Below, in pieces: positions 25,735 through 32,528 of a stretch of DNA of 34,562 nt. The stretch is from a virus. Both the position numbers and the translations under genes were made by a program. Position 1 is the stretch's first letter, and each line of letters starts with the position of its first letter. The stretch is taken from the IMG/VR virus record IMGVR_UViG_3300045988_048182, positions 1 through 34,562 of that record. One strand, given 5' to 3'. The notes under the pieces are model-generated. The model saw nothing but the letters and a program-made list of their open reading frames with translations, searched no databases and was not told where the DNA came from.

Positions 25735-25763
25735 ATTGACTACTTGCGAAAACGCAAGTATAA
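25735..25763 (+). promoter_or_regulatory. Near-consensus sigma-70-type promoter (TTGACT, 17-nt spacer, TATAAT) with operator O4 in the spacer
   Basis: TTGACT at 25735-25740 and TATAAT at 25758-25763. The spacer is occupied by ACTTGCGAAAACGCAAGT. Confidence 0.75.
25741..25758. promoter_or_regulatory. Operator O4: perfect palindrome ACTTGCGAAAACGCAAGT
   Basis: Same 7-N4-7 motif as O1-O3 in the immunity region and the only perfect copy. On the minus strand its TTCGCA, an 18-nt spacer and TAAAAT (25749 down to 25720) form a possible back-to-back promoter towards the packaging operon. Confidence 0.7.
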
Positions 25764-25816
25764 TGAAGCCATAAGATACATCGGAAAACGCAATTAAGCG
25801 AAAAGGAGAAATTAAA

Positions 25817-25972
25817 ATGCTAACACTTAAAGACTTAAACACAACTCAAACATGGAACTTTGAAAACAAAACAGATGCTTCCGATTTCATTAGTACAATG
25901 AGTTTCGGTTTTGAATGGCAATTAATCGACAATAACACAAACGAAGTTATTGCTTGCCACTACTTCGAATAG
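25817..25972 (+). CDS. Small acidic hypothetical protein (51 aa), not in the ORF track
   Basis: AAGGAG at 25803-25808 lies 8 nt before the ATG. Translation is MLTLKDLNTTQTWNFENKTDASDFISTMSFGFEWQLIDNNTNEVIACHYFE, with 8 acidic and 2 basic residues. Confidence 0.6.
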   Translation: MLTLKDLNTTQTWNFENKTDASDFISTMSFGFEWQLIDNNTNEVIACHYFE

Positions 25973-26032
25973 CAAATAAAGGCGGTAGATAACCACTACC
26001 GCCAACTATTTAAACCAAAGGAGAATACAACA

Positions 26033-26350
26033 ATGCAAATGACTATTCAAGAAATTAAAAACGCGATCAAATACAACGAACTAAACAATATCGAAACATT
26101 ACAAGCCGCATATACCGGCGTTAAATACAACAATGACGGCATAATTCAAACACTAGGTTATGACGATTTAAGCAACATTGTTATGATGCTTCGTTATCTA
26201 GCTGAAAAATGCGAGTTACTACGCCGCCGTACTAACTCAATATATGATGCGTTCGCTGCATTTAACCTACGCGAAACAATATTCGATACTATAGACGAAT
26301 ATCAGAAAGAAATGAATAACCAAATACGCCAAATGTTAGCCGCTAGATAA
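26033..26350 (+). CDS. Hypothetical protein (105 aa), second gene of the plus-strand island
   Basis: AAAGGAG lies upstream of the ATG and a terminator follows the gene. The composition looks helical. No motif recognised. Confidence 0.6.
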   Translation: MQMTIQEIKNAIKYNELNNIETLQAAYTGVKYNNDGIIQTLGYDDLSNIVMMLRYLAEKCELLRRRTNSIYDAFAAFNLRETIFDTIDEYQKEMNNQIRQMLAAR

Positions 26351-26363
26351 TAGCGGCTTTTTT
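26338..26363 (+). terminator. Rho-independent terminator of the island
   Basis: AGCCGCTA-GATAA-TAGCGGCT followed by TTTTT. The stop codon lies in the loop. Confidence 0.8.
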
Positions 26364-26464
26364 AATTACTCAAAACCAAACACGGGGCAAACGTTCCATA
26401 ACTAGTATCAAACAGATGCAGCGCGTTCAGTTTTCAATAATCAAATGTTACTTTTATACAAGAA

Positions 26465-26508
26465 ATGGGGTATATCGTCGCGGATACACCCCATTTTATT
26501 TTTGTTTT
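26465..26508. terminator. Second strong hairpin terminator (plus orientation has a long T-tract; minus orientation also plausible)
   Basis: 12-bp stem ATGGGGTATATC / GATACACCCCAT (26465-26476 with 26483-26494). It has one A-C mismatch that becomes a G-U pair on the minus strand. On the plus strand TTTTATTTTTGTTTTATT follows; on the minus strand TTCTTGTAT follows. Confidence 0.65.
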
Positions 26509-26521
26509 ATTCTATTTTATT

Positions 26522-26679
26522 GCATATTCTAAACAAATACCGATAGTTCTCATGCGCTCTTATGAAACTTTTGAAACGATACAAGTATTCAACCACGAAA
26601 AAACAAATGAAATTTAACAACAGCAAAATTATTTATAGTATGAAGGTTTTCACTATATCGGTATTTGTTTACAGTATGC
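26522..26679. repeat. Long-range inverted repeat (24 of 26 positions) enclosing a 104-nt loop
   Basis: The left arm GCATATTCTAAACAAATACCGATAGT (26522-26547) pairs with the right arm ACTATATCGGTATTTGTTTACAGTATGC (26652-26679). Confidence 0.8.
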
Positions 26680-26681
26680 AA

Positions 26682-26706
26682 TTGCGGGGCGTTGTGTACC
26701 CCGCAA
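26682..26706. other. GC-rich hairpin TTGCGGGG-N9-CCCCGCAA
   Basis: 8-bp perfect stem read directly from the sequence, with no adjacent T-tract. Confidence 0.6.
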
Positions 26707-26766
26707 CTACTAACCTGTTTACCTAAGGAGAGAATGCAAATGCTCAACTAGCACTTTACACCTTAT

Positions 26767-26831
26767 ATTATACTATATATGGCGTTTCCACCTATTTCCG
26801 ATATAGTCCGATATAGTCCGAATTATACCGA
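26767..26831 (-). promoter_or_regulatory. Candidate activator-dependent late promoter: four tandem 10-bp repeats upstream of a TATAAT, with no -35
   Basis: The minus strand reads TCGGTATAAT, TCGGACTATA, TCGGACTATA, TCGGAAATAG (plus-strand 26792-26831), then 19 nt, then TATAAT (26767-26772). The last repeat overlaps the stop codon of the DUF1492-like gene. Confidence 0.45.
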
Positions 26832-27296
26832 TTTAGCAGTATACATACACGCATAATATGTATGGTGCAAATAATAGCCAACTTGTACAAGGCCGGCCGT
26901 TTTTATTTCTGCCGCTTGCGACTTTTCCAAATCTGTAAAGTATCGCGCATGCTTCGCGCTTTTGCCGTCGATGTATTCGCGTAGCAATAAAATATTTGCT
27001 TTCCCTGTGGTGCATGTGTTGATGATATCCGCTGCGGTTTCCCGCTCATCAATTAATGCGCCTATTTCTTTGTGTACTGCATCGCGTTTGCTTTCAAGGC
27101 GTATAATCTGTTGTTCCAATCCGCCAGGTGTTCCGCCACCTGTTAGGTGTTCTTTGGAATAATCAACGGCGCCTATTGTTGTAATATCTGATTGTAAATG
27201 CTTTAGATCTTCCTTCAATGAGTTAATTTTCATTGTGATTAACTTGATAGGCTCTAAATATTCTTTTGCTATTTCCCTGTACTCTTTATCAGTCAT
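26823..27296 (-). CDS. DUF1492-like putative late-gene transcriptional regulator (sigma region-4-like family)
   Basis: The architecture is YL...KINSLKEDLKHLQS...LTGGGTPGG...IIRLESKRDAVHKEIGALIDERETAADIIN...LLLREY. This resembles DUF1492 proteins encoded just before the packaging genes in Firmicutes phages. Confidence 0.45.
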   Translation of the reverse strand: MTDKEYREIAKEYLEPIKLITMKINSLKEDLKHLQSDITTIGAVDYSKEHLTGGGTPGGLEQQIIRLESKRDAVHKEIGALIDERETAADIINTCTTGKANILLLREYIDGKSAKHARYFTDLEKSQAAEIKTAGLVQVGYYLHHTYYACMYTAKSV

Positions 27297-27315
27297 ATTT
27301 CCCCCGTATGGTTCA

Positions 27316-27681
27316 TCATCTTAGATTCTTAACCGTTTCCCCTAACATGTTTAAATAATCCTGTAAATTACCTTTGATTGCATCATTTACTAATTGGATA
27401 TTATCAGTTGTTACATAATGCGCCAGTAGCATTTTATACATCATATCTTTTGTTGGTACAAATATACAAATTGATAACGATACTAGCCATATCGCACCAA
27501 TAGCCTTTGTCCACCACTTTAACGACGCAATTTCTTCCTCTGGCATTTCGTCTACGCCAATATACAAACCAGCCAATATAAACATTGCAATACTTAACAA
27601 CAAAAACAAACCTTGATTAAGTACATCAATATTATGTAGTACCTCAATCAAATACAAATACATCGGGTTAATAATAGGCAT
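27316..27681 (-). CDS. Membrane protein (121 aa, 2-3 TM helices), hypothetical
   Basis: Hydrophobic segments are GLFLLLSIAMFILAGLYIGV and AIGAIWLVSLSICIFV. Confidence 0.5.
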   Translation of the reverse strand: MPIINPMYLYLIEVLHNIDVLNQGLFLLLSIAMFILAGLYIGVDEMPEEEIASLKWWTKAIGAIWLVSLSICIFVPTKDMMYKMLLAHYVTTDNIQLVNDAIKGNLQDYLNMLGETVKNLR

Positions 27682-27722
27682 TACACATTTCCCCTTTCGC
27701 CTACTAATATTATATTAATCGT

Positions 27723-28202
27723 TCATTTCCCTGTGCTTCCTATTCCGCCAGTACCGCGCGCCGTTTCTGTTAGTTCCTTGACCTCTAACAGTTTTAATGC
27801 GCCTACTGGTACAAGAATACCCTGTACTAACCTATCGCCCTTTTGAATTAGATACGCATCATCGCTGGTATTGTGTAATATCGCTTTTATTTCGCCCCGA
27901 TAATCCGCATCAATCACACCGAACGAATTTGGAATAATTAACGGTGTTTTACTCATGCTAGATCGTGGCGCCAGCATCAACATATACCCTTTCGGAATTT
28001 CCACCGCTAAACCCAGCGTTACATATTGCGTTTGATGCGGTTCTATTACTACGCCTTCTGGTTGATAAAAGTCCATGCCGGCAGCATCTTCGCTGCCAAC
28101 TTTTGGCATCAATACACCTGGCATGCATCGCTTAACTTTGATAACGTCCGCATTATATCGTTTATATCCAAATATGCGTTTAATCCTATTTAGTAGTTCC
28201 AT
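27723..28202 (-). CDS. dut: dUTP diphosphatase
   Basis: Motifs AAGMDFY, PRSSMS, GVIDADYRGEI, GDRLVQ and RGTGGIGSTG. Confidence 0.9.
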   Translation of the reverse strand: MELLNRIKRIFGYKRYNADVIKVKRCMPGVLMPKVGSEDAAGMDFYQPEGVVIEPHQTQYVTLGLAVEIPKGYMLMLAPRSSMSKTPLIIPNSFGVIDADYRGEIKAILHNTSDDAYLIQKGDRLVQGILVPVGALKLLEVKELTETARGTGGIGSTGK

Positions 28203-28212
28203 TTATTGCCCC

Positions 28213-28614
28213 TCATTTCAATAATGCTTCCAACACTTTATTTTTCCTATCCATAATGCGAATTTCTGCCCGCGGGTTTTCTTTATCTATACCCGCTATG
28301 CAGCTTTCACCATAAGAACATATCCATTTATCATCATCAATAACTTTGGCTTTTGTTAATATATCGCTAGTCGCCTGTAGCAACCCGATTAAGTCCGGCC
28401 AACTTCTTTTATTAGGCAAATAATATTTACATTCAACAACTACAATGCCAGATATATGCAGTTTCTTGCCAGCTAGTTGCCATAAACAAGCATCTTCATA
28501 ATTTCTATACGCTTCTGACGGAATATAACCCCGCTTATTACCGTTTTTAACTATTTGCCCGTGGTTCTTTTTAGTAATCGGGCGGCCTTTGAATACTATG
28601 TCAATTACGCTCAT
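28213..28614 (-). CDS. rusA: RusA-family Holliday junction resolvase
   Basis: 133 aa. Carries GRPITKKN...IPSEAYRNYED...CKYYLPNKRSWPDLIGLLQATSDILTKAKVIDDDKWI and the acidic cluster typical of RusA. Confidence 0.8.
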   Translation of the reverse strand: MSVIDIVFKGRPITKKNHGQIVKNGNKRGYIPSEAYRNYEDACLWQLAGKKLHISGIVVVECKYYLPNKRSWPDLIGLLQATSDILTKAKVIDDDKWICSYGESCIAGIDKENPRAEIRIMDRKNKVLEALLK

Positions 28615-29023
28615 TTTCTGCTAGCCTCGCATCATCTTCTTCATAAATCCACAACATAGCATTTTCGGAATGACTCCACGATGTACTACCACACGGAAAA
28701 CAACATATAAAGCCTTTTTCGCCTACACCAGCAAAATATAATTTCCGTTCACCGAATACCGTTTTAACAATTATTTGCGTATCAACTGGAACCTTTTCCC
28801 ATTCCACAATACCCAGTAACGCACCAATAGAATATTTATCGGTTTTAGGACTTAAACCCAATACACGGCATGGAATACGCGGCGTATGCTCCCGCACTTT
28901 AAAATGTCCACCGTTTTCAATAAACGTTGGGTTTACAAAATAGGCATATACACCGATTATTTTAATATCGCGGTACCCTTCATCATACATTTCTTGCAAT
29001 AGCCATTTTTGCTCATTCGTCAT
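28601..29023 (-). CDS. Hypothetical protein (140 aa)
   Basis: ORF with coupled start and stop codons. No motif recognised. Confidence 0.5.
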   Translation of the reverse strand: MTNEQKWLLQEMYDEGYRDIKIIGVYAYFVNPTFIENGGHFKVREHTPRIPCRVLGLSPKTDKYSIGALLGIVEWEKVPVDTQIIVKTVFGERKLYFAGVGEKGFICCFPCGSTSWSHSENAMLWIYEEDDARLAENERN

Positions 29024-29156
29024 TTTCTAATTTCCCTTCTATCATTAATCGTTTCGTTTTTGTTTCGACTTCATCGACGATAACTGCCGTTGATGCATTT
29101 TCTAACAGATTTCGTTGACGTTCTTTTTTAATTCTTTCCAGTAAATCGTTATTCAT
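29013..29156 (-). CDS. Small hypothetical protein (47 aa), not in the ORF track
   Basis: ATG 29154-29156 lies 4 nt after the upstream stop, with AAAGGG upstream. Translation is MNNDLLERIKKERQRNLLENASTAVIVDEVETKTKRLMIEGKLENDE. It overlaps the next gene by 11 nt. Confidence 0.4.
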   Translation of the reverse strand: MNNDLLERIKKERQRNLLENASTAVIVDEVETKTKRLMIEGKLENDE

Positions 29157-29159
29157 CTA

Positions 29160-29665
29160 TTACCCTTTCAATTGATATTCAAACATTATTTCCGTTTTCG
29201 GCGCATTGATCATCATAATAACGCTATGATGTGCCGGCGATTTTGTATGCTCGCCAGTTTCGCTTATAAACTTAATGCGCTTAGTTGGTACATATACGCT
29301 TATATTTGTCTTACTAAACAATTTATGCCTTTGTACCCCACCAATGTATCTATGGGTAATACCAGTACACACGGACGCCCAGTTTCGATGCATCGCGCTA
29401 TAATTTCATCTTTATTACTGTACGGCGGATTAGTAATCAAATAGTCGAATTCATATTCTTTATTCAAAAAATCATTAATGCCGTATATAGCCAACGGATC
29501 ATATTCACGCGTAATAATTTTTGTGAAATTGCTTTTATCTGTATCAAACGGCAATATGATTTTATCGCCAGTTTTTGGCGGGAATACATCAAGCATCGTT
29601 CTAACCGTTTCTATCGGTGTATACCATTCATCGCTTTTAGCGCCTTTTATTAATGCTTGTTTCAT
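29160..29665 (-). pseudogene. N6-adenine-type DNA methyltransferase split by a frameshift at a G4 run
   Basis: The N-terminal ORF (29300-29665) carries SDEWYTP and ITNPPY. The -1 frame (29160-29393) continues plausibly as GVQRHKLFSKTNISVYVPTKRIKF. The switch point is at CCCC 29336-29339, and one extra G would fuse the two parts into about 168 aa. Confidence 0.6.
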
Positions 29666-29925
29666 CGCTTCCGCCTTTCAAGAGTTAAACCAGCAGCCAA
29701 TAAGCGATTTCTAACAAATGTACCAGATACACTATATACGCTCGCAATCTGCCTTATGCTCAACCCTTCATTACGCAATTTAATCAATGCACTTGTTTCA
29801 ATATCCTGGTATGCCGGTTTTCGTTTTATTTCTTTCCTTAACCCTAGCGCGGCCAATGCTGTATCTACGGTTTTCCTACTGTATATGCAAGCACCCAGCG
29901 CAAACCAGTTTTCTATGTAATTCAA
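29662..29925 (-). CDS. Small HTH DNA-binding protein
   Basis: The C-terminal half ALIKLRNEGLSIRQIASVYSVSGTFVRNRLLAAG looks like a resolvase or sigma-70 region-4-type HTH. Confidence 0.5.
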   Translation of the reverse strand: MNYIENWFALGACIYSRKTVDTALAALGLRKEIKRKPAYQDIETSALIKLRNEGLSIRQIASVYSVSGTFVRNRLLAAGLTLERRKR

Positions 29926-29938
29926 GATATATCACCTC

Positions 29939-30702
29939 TTACTGCCATTTAATATATTGATCGCATCGCTTCAAAATATCTTTCACTAACTCCAACGGGA
30001 TACTTGACCTTACGTTATACCTATTAACACCAGTTATATTTAGCTTATTGAATTTAATAGTGTTCTTTATATCATCTTTCAATAATTTCAAATTGATATT
30101 ACTACCAAACTTGGTGGGTTTCTTGATTGGATAATCATAGTTGTTGTAATATGTTAGGTTTTCATAAGGAATATTAAACCCTATCACATTGGCTATGTAT
30201 TCCCATATCCGCCCATATGCTGGGTTTTCAATCACAAATACTTTAGGTTGGTAACGCTCAATGATTTTTAACGTGTTATAGATACACATCTCACCATTGA
30301 TGCGTGTTAGGAATGACTTGTCATACTTGAATTGGTAGTTTTCATAATCAATGTGATTTCTGATTGTGAATTTACTTCCTTGTTCGTACTCACCGAATAG
30401 GTTTATAGTCATATCCTTTTCTTGTTTCCAGCACGCATTACCACCTTTCATCGCACTTGCTACACTCCAACTTTCACACGGCGGACTAGCTAATATCACA
30501 TCAGGTTTATCTAGTTTGTCTAATTGCTCCCATAGTGCGTTAGGCTGATGTAATGTATTAATCGCTAAGTCTTGATTGATGCACGCATCACCAATTCCTA
30601 TTGATGTTATTGTGTGTTGCCCCCCCCCGTATTCATGTTATATTCATCTACCGCTTGACGATAACAGCCGTTGCCGTCGTCAAATAACCCCCATATATGC
30701 AT
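29939..30702 (-). pseudogene. C5-cytosine-type DNA methyltransferase interrupted by a G9 homopolymer (OFF frame in this assembly)
   Basis: ATG 30700-30702 with GGAAGGTG upstream. A 32-codon N-terminal frame ends at TAA 30607-30609. The downstream 186-aa frame carries ASPPCESWS (PPC motif) and FVIENPAYG (ENx motif). C9 on the plus strand is at 30620-30628. A G10 (or G7) tract gives a single 254-aa ORF. Confidence 0.65.
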
Positions 30703-30712
30703 TTTCACCTTC

Positions 30713-30895
30713 CTAATATTTACCTTTACTCCGCTTGATGCGGTTGTTATTTGTCTTGATATACCCGTGCACACAATGCCGGATATTACGGGTTTCTAAT
30801 TCTTCTTTTCGGCTCAAACTGTATTTTATATAGGCCGCGCATGTACTATGGCAGCCTATCGCCCTAAACTTACAACCTTTGCATGGTGCTTTCAT
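30713..30895 (-). CDS. Cys-rich small basic protein (60 aa), possible zinc-binding
   Basis: Contains CKGCKFRAIGCHSTC plus later Cys and His residues. The start is coupled to the upstream gene. Confidence 0.45.
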   Translation of the reverse strand: MKAPCKGCKFRAIGCHSTCAAYIKYSLSRKEELETRNIRHCVHGYIKTNNNRIKRSKGKY

Positions 30896-31356
30896 TTCCT
30901 GTTTCCACCTTTAAAAAATACCAACCAAATTGTTTTTCCGCGCCGTTGGCCTAAAATCGGTTTATCTGGCAATAACTGGCGTACTTTTGGCAAGGTTACT
31001 TGTTCTTCATTCCATTTAAAAATTAACGTTCCGTTTTGTTTGAGTACCCGCCAACATTCCGCAAGGCCCTGTTTTATATCCTTTTTCCAGTCTGGCCCTA
31101 ATTTCCCGTATTTCAGTTTTAGAAATGACGTATTGCCAGCGCTCACCAGATGTGGCGGATCAAAAACAACCAAATAAAATGTTTCGTTTTCAAAAGGCAT
31201 TTTTCTAAAATCTGCAACTATATCCGGTTTTACAATTAACTTCCTACCGTCGCATAGTGTTGTATTTTCCATTCGGTTATCCATGTAAACTGTTTCTTTA
31301 TGTTCTCTATCAAACCAAAACATTTTGGAACCACAACACGCATCTAATATCTTCAT
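30892..31356 (-). CDS. SAM-dependent DNA (amino) methyltransferase, intact
   Basis: Motif I-like ILDACCGS and motif IV-like VVFDPPHL (DPPH). 154 aa. Confidence 0.65.
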   Translation of the reverse strand: MKILDACCGSKMFWFDREHKETVYMDNRMENTTLCDGRKLIVKPDIVADFRKMPFENETFYLVVFDPPHLVSAGNTSFLKLKYGKLGPDWKKDIKQGLAECWRVLKQNGTLIFKWNEEQVTLPKVRQLLPDKPILGQRRGKTIWLVFFKGGNRK

Positions 31357-31559
31357 AGCGCGCCCTTTTTAATCATTTCCATTAACGCACCGGTAATCAG
31401 CGCTAAAGCAAGCGTTGATACAAATAAACCCAATACCGTATTACCAGTAATGCCAAATAAACCTAATAACCATAGCACCATTGAAACAAGGAACGCTAAG
31501 CCTAAAACTTTTACTAATAGCGCAAGTACTACATACGCCAACAATGCAACATTTTTCAT
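31353..31559 (-). CDS. Small 2-TM membrane protein (68 aa)
   Basis: Almost entirely hydrophobic (LLAYVVLALLVKVLGLAFLVSMVLWLLGLF...). Confidence 0.5.
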   Translation of the reverse strand: MKNVALLAYVVLALLVKVLGLAFLVSMVLWLLGLFGITGNTVLGLFVSTLALALITGALMEMIKKGAL

Positions 31560-31948
31560 GCTTTTATCTCCTTATTTTCAAAAGGGTTTATCGTTTCACG
31601 CACCACAAAAGAAGTATTGTTATACCCATGGCGGTTTTCCCATTTACGGAATACATCGGTTAATTCTTTTTGTAATTCGTCTATATGTTCTTGTTTTACA
31701 TTCAAAAGATAATCTTCCGACCATTCCTCAATTTCATCGTCTAGATCACTATAGACAATATCCTCAATTACACGATCTGCATCAACAGTAGGAACATAAT
31801 AATATGGATTTCCAACTTTAATCATTGGTACTTCGTAGGCTGGATAACTATCCGCAAAATCTTTTACAGCATCTTCTATGCTTTTTTGCGGCCAACCTAC
31901 ATATTCACCTAAACACCAGCACCATTCATTCTCGTTTTTTACTAACAT
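31556..31948 (-). CDS. Acidic hypothetical protein (130 aa)
   Basis: ORF with a coupled stop/start. No motif recognised. Confidence 0.5.
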   Translation of the reverse strand: MLVKNENEWCWCLGEYVGWPQKSIEDAVKDFADSYPAYEVPMIKVGNPYYYVPTVDADRVIEDIVYSDLDDEIEEWSEDYLLNVKQEHIDELQKELTDVFRKWENRHGYNNTSFVVRETINPFENKEIKA

Positions 31949-31957
31949 TTTCGCACC

Positions 31958-32350
31958 CTAGAACGGAATATTTTCATCGTTCCCCTTATCATCTGCAAAA
32001 TTATCAAAATTGCTTTCTGTTGCCGCATCATTTAAAGCGGATACCCCAACGAAACCGGCGATAACTTCCATAACATATTTCTTTTGGCCGTCCTGTGTTT
32101 CATAACTTCTTGTTTGAATTCGACCTTCCACAAATAGGCGGTTTCCTTTTCTGTAGGTTCCTACTGCTTCGCCAAGCTTGCCCCACGCAACGCAATTAAT
32201 GAACGCCGTTTGTTCTTTTGTTTCATTCGTAGCACTATCAATATATGTATTGCTGGCTGCAATTGTGAAGGTGGCAACCGCTCGACCAGATTGCGTATAA
32301 CGTACTTCTGGATCACGTGCAAGATTTCCCAATAATTGAACACTATTCAT
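31958..32350 (-). CDS. ssb: Single-stranded DNA-binding protein
   Basis: OB-fold N-terminus MNSVQLLGNLARDPEVRYTQSGRAVATFTIA, plus WGKLGE and an acidic C-terminal tip ending DENIPF. Confidence 0.9.
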   Translation of the reverse strand: MNSVQLLGNLARDPEVRYTQSGRAVATFTIAASNTYIDSATNETKEQTAFINCVAWGKLGEAVGTYRKGNRLFVEGRIQTRSYETQDGQKKYVMEVIAGFVGVSALNDAATESNFDNFADDKGNDENIPF

Positions 32351-32528
32351 AATATAATTCCCTTTCTATTTTCTAATTCTACGGGGCAAATCCACTCAAT
32401 TTACCCCTTTTACTATTTCTCCCTTATGAATTATCATTGACTGTTTAAAACTTCCATACAACGCATTTAAACGATTTTTTTGAGGTGTAAACAATTCATC
32501 AAGCATTAAATTCGTTTGAATTTATTAT

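Noticed and set aside
26727-26750. AAGGAG followed by a 5-codon mini-ORF (ATGCAAATGCTCAACTAG) on the plus strand
   Set aside because: It is too short to call. It shares the ATGCAAATG start with the 26033 gene and may be a remnant or chance. No support for a leader-peptide mechanism can be read from the sequence.
26792-26831. Tandem repeats here and at 33590-33631 considered as a mini CRISPR array
   Set aside because: The units are only 10-11 bp and directly abut each other without spacers. No cas genes are present. They are better explained as protein-binding iterons.
26833-27162. 60-aa and 66-aa ORFs nested in the DUF1492-like gene
   Set aside because: They are alternative-frame or antisense ORFs inside a better-supported gene and have no start signals.
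32351-32528. 178-bp gap upstream of ssb containing a 36-codon minus-strand ORF (MLDELFTPQK...) and weak promoter-like hexamers
   Set aside because: The ORF has no SD sequence. The hexamer pairs have poor spacing or poor match, and the 4-bp GGGG/CCCC stem is too weak for a terminator. It may hold a middle promoter, but I cannot support one.
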